From the NCBI RefSeq assembly GCF_001194135.2, contig NC_068993.1, positions 59,191,280 through 59,233,503 on the forward strand: a DNA stretch of 42,224 nt. Direction: 5' to 3'. A program made the translations under genes and the position numbers. Origin of the DNA: Octopus bimaculoides (lineage: Eukaryota). Shown in pieces: positions 23,511-35,128 of the stretch (position 1 is its first letter; each line of letters opens with the position of its first letter). The notes beneath the pieces were generated by a model, which was given only the letters and a program-made list of their open reading frames with translations, was not told the DNA's origin and did no database searches.

Positions 23511-23650
23511 TACACACGCATATGAGGTCGACTTTCCTTTCATCCTTTCCGGATCGATAAATTAAGTACCATTTGCGTACAGGGATCGATCTAATCGACT
23601 GGTCCCCTCCCCCAAAATTTCGGACCTTGTACCTAGAGTAGGAAAGAATA
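23262..23650. mobile_element. Inverted pair of family B SINE 3' halves (minus 23262-23390, plus 23523-23650) around an (AC)n tract
   Basis: Left copy TACTTATTTTATCGAC...AAAGTCGATCTC is complementary to right copy GAGGTCGACTTT...GATCGATAAATTAAGTA. Confidence 0.8.
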
Positions 23651-24036
23651 TGAAAGACGCCGGGGTCGGAAGACGTAACGAACCTTCGTGGCCTTCCGCC
23701 ATAACATCACACTTTGAAATGAATATTCTCATATTCAAATAACAGATTCTTTAACAATCTTCCGGATGGATTCTTGCTGTTGCTGTTGAAATCTACTGAC
23801 ATGATGAAATGCGAGCATTGGAATGTCGATTGAATTAAGCTAGGAAATACAATGAACTCTCATTAATTGACTCATTGCAATTCTCTTGGAGTGTTGTTAA
23901 GCGCTTGATTAGTCTTCTGTCTGCCAGTACGTGTTTATAAATGCCTCTACTTGATATATAAATACTTACAAATAAGTATTTGTATGTATAATATATACGC
24001 ATATACTTTTCAACACATTCGTAGATACATACATAT

Positions 24037-24101
<65 letters not shown>

Positions 24102-24796
24102 NNNNNNNNNNNNNNNNNNNNNNNNNNNNNNNNNNNNNNNNNNNNNNNNNNNNNNNNNNNNNNNNNNNNNNNNNNNNNNNNNNNNNNNNNNNNNNNNNNN
24201 NNNNNNNNNNNNNNNNNNNNNNNNNNNNNNNNNNNNNNNNNNNNNNNNNNNNNNNNNNNNNNNNNNNNNNNNNNNNNNNNNNNNNNNNNNNNNNNNNNNN
24301 NNNNNNNNNNNNNNNNNNNNNNNNNNNNNNNNNNNNNNNNNNNNNNNNNNNNNNNNNNNNNTATATATATATATATATATATATTATTTATATTATTATA
24401 TGATTGAATGCCATGCATCCTCTTCCAAGTAAATTTTATCTTAATAATACGATCTTTTTACTCTTTCGTTTTTCTCTCTTTTTCTCTTTTATTCTTTTAC
24501 CTCGTCTTCTCCCACTATTCTATCCTATTACTCTGTCACTCTCTCTCTCCCTCCTCCTTCCTCGCTCAGGTGGCGCCCACGTGACCATCGGCCATTTTTC
24601 TTTCTGTGTTCTTGTTTGTCTCCTCTCCTAGCTTGATTTACGCGCTCGCCACTACAACTTCGTTTAGGCTTAGCAGCCCTTCCTTTTCTTTTCACTATCC
24701 TGTTTGTGTTGCCAATTTTGACCCTCCGCAAAATCCCAAATTTTATTTAATTTACTTTGCGGGAGCAACTGTTAGATAGATAGCCAGACAGACAGG

Positions 24797-24865
<69 letters not shown>

Positions 24866-25340
24866 GCTTGTAAGTACCGTCATCAGCCAGTTGTCCTTCC
24901 TGTGTGTGTCCTGGGGTCGACTTGCCAAAACTCTCCAGTTCCATTTGTGTTTTGGTGCATGCATACTATGAGCCAAGTTCTTGACCCCACTCCATTGTTT
25001 GCTGTTATCAGTCCACAAATGTCTCTTACAGCCTCTTTCTCTTTTTCCCTTCACACTTCCTGTCAGGATGATCTTGGGCAAGGATTTGTGGCGCATTGTT
25101 TGTCCAAAATAAGATAGATTTGTGGACTTGATTCTCGACAATAGATGTCTTTCGACTTTCAGCTTTTCTAGCACTGCAGCATTTATCACCTTATTTTCCC
25201 AGTTTATTCTGCCCAATCTGCGACAGATCCCCATTTCAAAGCCAACTATCTTTATGCTTCGTTTTTCAGTACATTGTCTCTTAAATCAGTTAGTAAAAGT
25301 ACAGCATATGACACCAAACTATACTCTTTCACGTGTAATA
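24866..25340 (-). mobile_element. 5'-truncated RTE-clade LINE 3' end
   Basis: ORF 24752..25234 (FEMGICRRLGRINWENKVINAAVL...LSYFGQTMRH...LTGSVKGKRERG...W) matches the RTE post-RT thumb region (FEMW..RR.LRI.W...TN..VL; GKRGRGRP..RW); a short 3' UTR ends at an (ATCT)n tract. Confidence 0.85.
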
Positions 25341-25624
25341 GTCGGCTGAACGCTTTGTCACATACTGTTATGTGTCGACTGAGAATTATGTGACAAGTGT
25401 TTCATTGAATGCTCAGTCGCTTGTTATAATGCAAAACGGATTCTACATGCAATTCGAAGAGCTAGCCTTCTCACACTTAATGTCAGGCTGTTTTGCCAGA
25501 GGATTATATGAAAGTTTAAAGTTTCTGTGGAACAGCCATAGACGTAAGCAAAGAAACCTCCGGTTATGCTTACTATGTAAGTAATTACTGTGGTTTTATC
25601 AATATTCGCTTTCTTACAACTCAC

Positions 25625-25640
25625 CTCGTATTGAATTTAT
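25625..25640 (-). other. Candidate 16-nt microexon ATAAATTCAATACGAG
   Basis: Acceptor TTTTTCTTTTATTTTTATTTTCCTTCCACAG with a 58-nt AG-free zone; donor GAG|GTGAGT. Confidence 0.45.
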
Positions 25641-25890
25641 CTGTGGAAGGAAAATAAAAATAAAAGAAAAAATATGATATGTTTAAGAAACGGATATAGA
25701 CTGAAAATTTGGATTATCCATATAAAAATATAATTCCCAACAGTAAAGACATCATAAGCAATTTAACACACACGTATTGATACATGAACAAACAGCTCTG
25801 AACTATATCCTGCTTTTTCTCTCTGTCTTTCACACAAATATCTACCTTTCACTTCACTTTCACTCTCCTTCTCTCTCTCTATTTATCTAT

Positions 25891-25935
<45 letters not shown>

Positions 25936-26855
25936 NNNNNNNNNNNNNNNNNNNNNNNNNNNNNNNNNNNNNNNNNNNNNNNNNNNNNNNNNNNNNNNNN
26001 NNNNNNNNNNNNNNNNNNNNNNNNNNNNNNNNNNNNNNNNNNNNNNNNNNNNNNNNNNNNNNNNNNNNNNNNNNNNNNNNNNNNNNNNNNNNNNNNNNNN
26101 NNNNNNNNNNNNNNNNNNNNNNNNNNNNNNNNNNNNNNNNNNNNNNNNNNNNNNNNNNNNNNNNNNNNNNNNNNNNNNNNNNNNNNNNNNNNNNNNNNNN
26201 NNNNNNNNNNNNNNNNNNNNNNNNNNNNNNNNNNNNNNNNNNNNNNNNNNNNNNNNNNNNNNNNNNNNNNNNNNNNNNNNNNNNNNNNNNNNNNNNNNNN
26301 NNNNNNNNNACGTACATACACACACACAGACACATATATATATATACATATATTAATATTACACACACACATACACGTACATACACACACACAGACACAT
26401 ATATATATATACATATATATTATGTATGTGTATTGGTACAATACCAATACAGCGTGGTTATGAATAAATATTTATACGGAAATCATGCAATCGATGTGTT
26501 TAATAAACATATATTCAGTCTGGTTTTGAAAATACACGTTATGGATAAAATGTAGAAGTTTCGGCAGCTGGTAGTGGCAATTAAACCGACTAATTTTGTC
26601 TTTCACAAAACTCATCAGGTATCTCTTACTTCGCTTTCTAGCTGCCGAAGAATAGAAGCAATAGATAGCTCAATGCAAATCCGTTAAGTTTAACTGAGTG
26701 AAAAAAAAATCCAGTTTAGAAATCACGTTTTTTTTAGACGTTCTTCGCTTTATAGGTCATTACAGATCTGCATTGAACTTTGTTTTTCTGTCATGCTTAT
26801 ATCAATTGATGGGATATATATTTTCCTTCTTCCTGTCGTAAATTACAGTTTTACC

Positions 26856-27050
26856 GTATCAGGACAATTATCCCACGAGGATAATTATCCCCCACTCTAG
26901 GACAGTTCCTCCTGACGACAACTACTCTCTAGGACAATTAATATATTAAGAAGTTTTAAATCATCAAATCATCATCTGTTGTCCTCAGGGGTAATTGTTC
27001 TTGGTGGGGGTTATTGTCCATGGGGGGCGGGTGGTAAATGTCCTAGACTC
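26856..27050. mobile_element. Mutator-like foldback MITE with 9-bp TSD
   Basis: AGTTTTACC at 26847-26855 and 27051-27059; G...C termini; arms built of repeated AGGACAATTA(C/T)CC units and their complements. Confidence 0.8.
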
Positions 27051-27209
27051 AGTTTTACCGGTATGTTGAAATATGTACTTCGTGTAATAGTGTGGAAAAG
27101 GACTTGATAAGTTGCTATTTAGTAGAAACATTCTGAGGCCTGAGAAACCATTCTCGTACATACACATCTATCTATCTATCTATCTATCTATCTATAGATC
27201 TAAGTATCG

Positions 27210-27315
27210 ATCAATCCATGAGAGAAAACATTTGCGCAAGATGCCGCAGAGTGAGATTGAAATCAGAAGGATGTAGTAACAAAACAAAACTCATAACCAC
27301 ACAGCCATGCCAGCA
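27210..27315 (-). mobile_element. Degenerate SINE family C head
   Basis: Reverse complement GCATGGCTGTGTGGTTATGAG...ATTTCAATCTCACTCTGCGGCATCTTGCGCAAATGTTTTCT, similar to 40036-40110. Confidence 0.7.
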
Positions 27316-27402
27316 CCCACCATAGAGAAAATTCACCTGAAGGTAGCACTGCTTTAAGTGATGCATAAAGAAATTTATAAAGACTTTATCGGAGTGATAG
27401 CA

Positions 27403-28205
27403 TCCTCTTTTATCTACGATGTTTGGTTTAAAACCTACGACTAATGTGTAGTACATTAGATAAATAGTATTCTGGATTGTTATGTTAACCCGGTGACTTT
27501 ACTATAATAAGCTATGTAACAACCGTCTATTACATGAGATAAATATTGTTTTGGAGAGCCATGTTATCTCGGTCTCTGACTACGTTTACATTAACTTACT
27601 GTTTACTGTATAAGACAGACGTTCTCTTGAATAGACATGTTAGCCCGATGGCGTTAGTTTAATAAACTAGCTGACGACTATTTATTTCATAAGATAGATA
27701 ATCTTCTCTCAGTCATGTTACCACGATAACTTTAGATTTAGAATCTATTAATTTTTGCGTAGTACATTAACCCTTTAGTGTTTAAACCGGCCATATCTGG
27801 CCCTGATATTCTACATGTTTTATATTCTGACTGGCGATATCTAGCCTCTCACACCTAACCTACATTGACATTCTAAAAATAAACAATCACATCATTGAAA
27901 CCTCAAAGCTATAAGATAATGCATGATTAATTCAAAACAAGTTGAGTGAAAAAGTATTACATTTAACAGGGTAATCTGAACACTAAAGGGTTAAAGAAAT
28001 ATTCTTCCAGGTAACCATGTCTATCCAGAAGAATATATATTGATTAATACATGTCCTCTCGATGACGTTAGATCTACAATCTTTCTGACTATTTTGTACT
28101 GCATAATATAGACATTCTTCTTCATAGTTACGTTAGCCGATGACGTTAGATTTACAATCTGTTTTTCTACCATTTGCTGCATCAGATTGGCATTCTGCAG
28201 GATGG
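27403..28205. repeat. Degenerate tandem array, about 78-bp period, 6-7 units
   Basis: Unit starts (ATGTTAGCCCGATGACGTTAGATTTACAATCT-like) at 27482, 27561, 27637, 27715, 28051, 28130. Confidence 0.75.
27771..27990. mobile_element. piggyBac-like MITE (220 bp)
   Basis: TTAA at 27767-27770 and 27991-27994; TIRs CCCTTTAGTGTTTAAA / CCCTTTAGTGTTCAGA (14 of 16 identical). Confidence 0.92.
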
Positions 28206-28254
28206 GTTCCACTTTAAGAACAAAAAATGCATTAAAGACTAATTGAAATATAAG

Positions 28255-28443
28255 TTAAGGAGTTTCCCACTCTGTCGCTCGACCTACAATAATAAAAAGT
28301 CGAAACTTCCTTCAATGTAAAGCTTACGGTCTTAAAAGGAATGACGGATATGATAATGTGCTAATGTATGCTTGAATCTCGAAAAGAGCCGAGTCACGGT
28401 CACAATGTCTTTACCTAGAACTAAACAACAACAACAACAACAG
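28255..28443 (+). mobile_element. Family D copy with (AAC)n tail
   Basis: GTCGCTCGACCTAC...GTCTTAAAAGG...GATAATGTG...GTCACGG...CTAAACAACAACAACAAC. Confidence 0.7.
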
Positions 28444-28448
28444 CTTCA

Positions 28449-28530
28449 ATAAAAGTAATAATAAAAGTAATAATAAAAGTAATAATAAAAGTAATAATAA
28501 AAGTAATAATAAAAGTAATAATAATAATAA
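28449..28530. repeat. 12-bp tandem repeat (AATAATAAAAGT)n, about 6 units
   Basis: Directly visible. Confidence 0.9.
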
Positions 28531-28559
28531 CAACAATAATAATAATTATAATTTTACCT

Positions 28560-28721
28560 CAAGGGCAGCCATTTTGGGGAAGGGGATGCGTGTCTCACTG
28601 GTACTAAATTTATCGACCCCGAAAGGATGAAAGGCGGAATTTGAACTCAGAACAAAAAGACAGACGGAATACCGCTAAGCATTTCGCCCGGCGTGCTAGC
28701 GATTCCGCCAGCTCACCGCCT
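28560..28721 (-). mobile_element. Family B SINE with internal deletions
   Basis: Reverse complement AGGCGGTGAGCTGGCGGAATCGCTAGCACGCCGGGCGAAATGCTTAGCGGTATTCCG...GAGTTCAAATTCCGCC. Confidence 0.88.
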
Positions 28722-28964
28722 CAGGTAATAATAATAATGATAATGATGATGAGGATGATGATGATGATGAGGATGATGATGATGATGACGATGATAATTT
28801 CTTTTTCCGTAGGGCTTTCTGATGAAGGTGATATAAGTACAGTTCACAATTTTCGCGCCGATTTACGTAAGAAATGTGAGGGGAAAAAGAAAGAGTGGGG
28901 AGAGGGGGTAAAAAATGTATATAAATGTACATAGTATACAAAACATGTAAATACATGGATAATG

Positions 28965-29700
28965 CAGTCCTCCTGATATAAGACAGCCTCCAACTAGGGC
29001 TAATCAAAGAACCCCTACAGACCCAGCGTCACTCTGAACACGAAGGGCACGAACCCTCGCCAAGCTGTTGTTCTCCAATCTGCTTATTCTAAGCAGAACT
29101 TGAAGAAGCCGATGAGGACTTGACTGAAAACGTTATCTGTCCCCAATAATTTCAACCTCCTTCATCATACAACTTTTTTTTTGCCATGGTAACGAGACGA
29201 GGTAACATTGCCTGCAACACATTAAAGGCAGGCGGTTGGGCGATCCTACAATGGACTCGGACAATAAGGATTCGTACTACATCCGATAACAGCTGTTCCA
29301 CATAACTCCTCAAGCCATCAATACTCGGACACTACATGAGTGTGTGCCGTACGACTTTGTTGCTCTATGCACATCTCGGACACTTTCACCCGGCGGCACT
29401 TCCATGCCTGTAGATTTCACCTGATACCAATAAACACTTTTTACTACCAGACCAAGAATTTCTAGAAGTTATTTCGAGAAGTCGCCGGTCCGAAAGCCCC
29501 ACGCAACGGACAACAAACCAGTTCGGCCGATTCCATTGAGGACAGTGGGGGTTTTGAGATTGGTATTGGGATGTTAAGTATCGTGGAAAGAGACCCTGTG
29601 TGACCCTTGGCAGTAGGCTGTTGGTCAATCTTACAAAACTAACCGGAGCAAGTGAAATCAAGAGGTCTGGAAAGTGGAATGGAAACGAGAATAATAACAA
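28965..29700 (-). mobile_element. Decayed L1/Tx1-clade LINE ORF2 C-terminus
   Basis: IYRHGSAAG*KCPRCA*SNKVVRHTLM*CPS is the CX2CX8HX4C knuckle of L1-clade ORF2, followed by SYVEQLLSD; multiple stops. Confidence 0.8.
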
Positions 29701-30275
29701 CACTGAATCAATGGAAAAACATCTTCCTTCTGACTTGACCTAGTCTATATAATTGCCAAATCTATTTCCACTTATATCTTACCATCTTAAAATTACAAAG
29801 ACATACTGAATTATATAGCCTTAGGTACACAATGCATAAAAAAGACAAGACAATACAGGTTTAAATGCTCTTTGATCAAAGATGTACTGAATTAGTACTG
29901 ACCTGGGGTTAAGCAACAACAACTATAATATCGACCGCTATTGTAGTCTTGATTCTTTTTATTTTTCAGTAATTCGTTAACCTGGCATTCTTTAGTATAA
30001 CCAATTTTGAATATCGATATCGACTGTGACAACAACAACAGCAATCACTAGCCAACTTAGAAGCCTCAATTTGGTCGCTCGGCATGCTATCTATAGGAGC
30101 CAGGTTGTCCTCAGATTGCACCCTGTTGTCTTAGGAATGAAACGGTGACATTCAATAATGTTGTCCTACGTAGCTCTAAAATGAGATTGTCACTTCTTCA
30201 ATATCTTCTCTTTGATCGTAGGTTTGCTCTCTCTCTCTCTCTGTCTCTCTCTCTCTCTCTGTCTCTGTCTCTCTC

Positions 30276-30381
<106 letters not shown>

Positions 30382-30782
30382 AGAGTTGTTCTAGGATTAA
30401 ATTACGACAATAACAACCAGAAAAAAACCGGACGTGGACATACATAGATGTAGTTAGAGACTGTAAAACAGAAGTCTGACAAAACTGTCTAAGTATTGTT
30501 TTTATGTGGACACTATTAAATTGTGTCAGGAAATTGGGAAAGATATAAAAGAAGGCAGAGATTAGTGAAGGAAGTTTGATAAAAATTGATGATAATGGTG
30601 GAACGGTAGATAAAGCTAAGACGGCCATATTTGCTAATGCAATTGTTTGCGCCTGGAGACGGTTTCCGTAGTTTTTCTTTATTTTATTTTATTCGTATTT
30701 TTCGTTTTGTATAAGAAATGAGTGAAAGGATTATATTTTTATTCATTTCTTCTCCTTCTAAGGTTTCTTTTGAAATGTCGAA

Positions 30783-30821
<39 letters not shown>

Positions 30822-31710
30822 TAACAAACGTAGAGGAAAAGGAAAATGAAAGTGAAAGGGAGAGAGAAGAAAGAGAGAGAAAATGAGAGAGGGAATTTTA
30901 AAAAGATTATAAGTCTTAGATAAGCAAGAGAAATTGAAAATAAAGCTAGAAGAATGAATAACAAAGAATGGCATATANNNNNNNNNNNNNNNNNNNNNNN
31001 NNNNNNNNNNNNNNNNNNNNNNNNNNNNNNNNNNNNNNNNNNNNNNNNNNNNNNNNNNNNNNNNNNNNNNNNNNNNNNNNNNNNNNNNNNNNNNNNNNNN
31101 NNNNNNNNNNNNNNNNNNNNNNNNNNNNNNATATATACATATTATATATATACATATATATATACACATATATATATAAAAACAAACAAACATGAGTATG
31201 TGTGTGTAGGTGTGCGAACATGTGTGTATGTATGTATTTTATTATACTTATATATATTCTCATTTAATTAAAATTATTCTGTTTTCCTGTGCTATTTTCC
31301 GGTTAACATTTTTCTATCTGATGTCGCTTCTTCGTCGATTCTATTAGACTATGACGTCACTTTCGCCCACACTGATCACACCGATTCCCCTATCCTTAAC
31401 TTAACCTCAACACCATAATCAACATCATCATCTTGATCTTTGAGCTTCGTGAAGAGTAAAAATTACACCGGCAAACGTAGTCACCGATATAGATGCATAC
31501 TATGAAATTTAAAGCTGGGATAGTCACGACTGGAATGCTAAGTTTGGATAATCTCAATCAGAATGATCTTAGGGATAAACAACAAGAACATCACACGCAT
31601 ATAAAAGTTATTGATAAAATAAATACCAGTGAAGGACCGAGACCGATGTAAACGAATAGTTCCATCTTCCTCAAATTTCAGGCCGTGAACCTATAGTATT
31701 CCACCAAAAT

Positions 31711-32210
31711 GACACTGGGGTGCAAATATACGAAGCCCAATATACCCATCATAACTACCCGTCTGATAATATACGAAGCCCAGTGTACCCATCATGACTA
31801 TCTTTCTGATAAACAGCGCATGACCTTGCAGTTGGGGCCCAGTTAGAATTTTCTTCGGGTCGAGTAGCCCATCCCGCTCAAAAGGTCCCTGAATAAGGTT
31901 TGTTTAAGGATGTTGAGCAAAACACCCATGTTTCCAGAGGTGAATTATCCAAACCCCAAAGAATTCCTCTCAACACTATGATGCTCCCCCACTACTTCTG
32001 CTCGTGATAAGAGATGCACATATTGTCAGCCACAAAGGGTAATGTTCAATTAGTTATGGTCAAGTAAATGACAAGCAAATCTGTGGTATTAAGCAGAATA
32101 TTTGCTGTAGCCCATCTTTTTATACCAAGACAAAACAATGTACATGATAACACTTCCAATCAATTAAGATCAGAAGCCATGAGAGCCACTGCCTGGTACT
32201 GTATCCGGGC

Positions 32211-32279
<69 letters not shown>
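31711..32279 (+). mobile_element. About 500-bp interspersed repeat (family E) ending in an (ATT)n tail; class unresolved
   Basis: More GC-rich block recalled as an abundant octopus repeat; ends GGGCATTTA(TTA)n; internal 43-bp tandem duplication at 31725-31767 / 31768-31810. Confidence 0.6.
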
Positions 32280-32410
32280 GGTGGCGAGATGGCAAGCAAA
32301 ATGCCTAGTGTCATTTTCGTCCATCTGTATGGCCTGAGTTTAAATTTCGCCGAGGTCGACTTCGCATTTCATCATTTCGTGGTTTGATAAAATAAGTACC
32401 AGTTGAACAC
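32278..32410 (+). mobile_element. 3'-truncated family B SINE
   Basis: TGAGTTTAAATTTCGCCGAGGTCGACTTCGCATTTCATC...GATAAAATAAGTACCAG. Confidence 0.8.
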
Positions 32411-33252
32411 CACCAATGTGTTACCACCAAGCTACTTAAGTGTTATTCTTGCTTTTAGTTTATAAAGTTTCTTAAAATACGCAAATTTCTCCGCAGATAA
32501 ATTCAAGAAGTATAACGAACAATATTATTGTCCAGAATGAATATAGACATTTATCTTAATATCACCCAGTATAAATTATTCAGATGATTAACTTCACACT
32601 TGTACATAGCAGCTTTTTTACTATATTACCACAAACTCGTACATTCAAGTGACAAAGTCATTTTTACATATCGAAAACATACGGTTTATATCTTAATACA
32701 AGTGGAATATTCAACTCTGCATTCAATAAAAAGTTGAGCATTTCAAAATGTTAGTTATTAATAGGTATTTACTACCAGCCAAATCATAAATATATTCTCA
32801 TTTATATTTTTATCCGCTATTTCTTTCCTGACGGTTAACAGATGAACGACTTTTCGTTTTGTCTCTTCCTGCGGAATTTGCGGTAGTCTAAACAGCTATA
32901 AATATTGGATGTGTATTTTCCTTTTCTCTATTCCACCGATGAATATGAAGAGCTTCCTGAACATTATTAATGTCACGAGCAATTTTAATTAGATATTTAT
33001 TTGAACATCTTACAAGTATATATTACGATGCTGTCGAGTATATTTAAATGAATGAGTATACACAAACATACAAACATTCATACATACATACATACATTCA
33101 TACATACATATATGCATGGGTATATATATGTGTATGTATGTATGAACGTATAGATAGATAGATAGATTATCCAGCAATAATATTTCTATATTCATATCAT
33201 CGTTCGTATTTGAATATACAAAACTTTTGTTTGTATGTCACTCATAATCGCC

Positions 33253-33306
<54 letters not shown>

Positions 33307-34100
33307 NNNNNNNNNNNNNNNNNNNNNNNNNNNNNNNNNNNNNNNNNNNNNNNNNNNNNNNNNNNNNNNNNNNNNNNNNNNNNNNNNNNNNNNNNNNNNN
33401 NNNNNNNNNNNNNNNNNNNNNNNNNNNNNNNNNNNNNNNNNNNNNNNNNNNNNNNNNNNNNNNNNNNNNNNNNNNNNNNNNNNNNNNNNNNNNNNNNNNN
33501 NNNNNNNNNNNNNNNNNNNNNNNNNNNNNNNNNNNNNNNNNNNNNNNNNNNNNNNNNNNNNNNNNNNNNNNNNNNNNNNNNNNNNNNNNNNNNNNNNNNN
33601 NNNNNNNNNNNNNNNNNNNNNNNNNNNNNNNNNNNNNNNNNNNNNNNNNNNNNNNNNNNNNNNNNNNNNNNNNNNNNNNNNNNNNNNNNNNNNNNNNNNN
33701 NNNNNNNNNNNNNNNNNNNNNNNNNNNNNNNNNNNNNNNNNNNNNNNNNNNNNNNNNNNNNNNNNNNNNNNNNNNNNNNNNNNNNNNNNNNNNNNNNNNN
33801 NNNNNNNNNNNNNNNNNNNNNNNNNNNNNNNNNNNNNNNNNNNNNNNNNNNNNNNNNNNNNNNNNNNNNNNNNNNNNNNNNNNNNNNNNNNNNNNNNNNN
33901 NNNNNNNNNNNNNNNNNNNNNNNNNNNNNNNNTAATTCCCTCCCCTTATTTCCGTAAGATTCTTGCCTTGGATGTTAGTGGAAGAGACTGGCATATGAAC
34001 GTCGCAAATCTCATTTCTAGAATATGTCAAGAAATTTTGTGACTTATGTATCTTCTTTAATGTAAATATAAATTTAAAAGCAATATATGTGCGTATATCT

Positions 34101-34317
34101 AAGGCGGCAAGATGGCGGAATCGTTAGCAGGCCGGGTAAAATGCTTAGCAGGATTTCGTCTGTTTTTACGTTCTGAATTCAAATTCCGCCGAAGCCGACT
34201 TTGCTCTTCATTCTTTCGGGGATGATGATAAAATGAATGCCAGTTGACACTGCGGTCGATGTAATCGACTTCCCCTTCCCCTAAAACTGATGGCTTTTTT
34301 GTCTCAAAATTTGAACC
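34101..34317 (+). mobile_element. Full-length family B SINE
   Basis: AAGGCGGCAAGATGGCGGAATCGTTAGC...GAATTCAAATTCCGCCGAAGCCGACTTTGC...GGTCGATGTAATCGACT...AAAATTTGAACC. Confidence 0.9.
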
Positions 34318-34429
34318 GAATATATGTCCATATGTCTCAGCATGTGTGTGAGGTTCATTATATATATAAAACATTAAAAGTCAGCTTGAATCTTGCTTGC
34401 TTGTTTGCAATGTTACCCAACTAAATTGG

Positions 34430-34940
34430 CGCATAATGGGAAAATACTATGAATTAAGTTTACCCTGAAATGTTAATACGAACAGAATAAAACAAGTTTC
34501 ATGTAAATCGGATAAATTTTTTAAAGATATTAGATGTTTTCGGAGTATAAATACCCAAAACGGTGCATAATGGGAAAAATATTCTAAATCTTAATCCTGA
34601 AAGGGAATAAACTCTTATCTTTCAATTAGACACAGTGACTTGATTACAAAAAATACGAGCTGTTTTTTACAGTAAATTTTTCTATTTTCGCTTTTATTAA
34701 ACACAATATTTTAATCATTTAGAAATATTTTTTAAGTAAATGTGATTTCCAAAATGTAAGTTGTTTATACAGTAAGTATTTACATTTTAGCTTTCTTTAA
34801 ACACACAATATTTTAATGTATTTTAATATTTTAGAATCATTTTCAAGTGAATACCATTACAAAACGTTTTTTTTTTTGCATATTTAAATATTTTAATATT
34901 TTAAAGTGAAAATTACTTTAAAAATACGGTAAATATTTTG
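34430..34940. repeat. Very AT-rich block with degenerate direct duplications
   Basis: GCATAATGGGAAAA at about 34431 and 34565; a 100-115 bp near-tandem duplication at about 34668-34767 / 34768-34880 (TACAGTAA...ACACAATATTTTAAT). Confidence 0.6.
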
Positions 34941-35037
34941 TAAAAGATCCGTTCGTAACCTCGGTGTGAAATAGTTTTTTCCCATAGGATTTTTTTCGAG
35001 TGCATTCAACGTATCTCACGACCAAAGATATGTCTGA

Positions 35038-35128
35038 TATTTCTAACACGCCCTGCTACCACCTAACAACTATTTGCGATAAAGGACCCGAAATACCCGC
35101 TACGTGGTAGCAGGGCGTGCAAGAAATA
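35038..35128. repeat. Inverted repeat with 16-bp perfect core
   Basis: CACGCCCTGCTACCAC 35047-35062 pairs with GTGGTAGCAGGGCGTG 35104-35119; an outer 7 bp pairs after two mismatches. Confidence 0.92.

Noticed and set aside
24752-25234. 160-aa ORF as a host gene
   Set aside because: It is an RTE LINE C-terminal fragment that reads through into an (ATCT)n tract.
28819-28860. Hammerhead starting CTGATGAAGG
   Set aside because: No stem II or GAAA follows.
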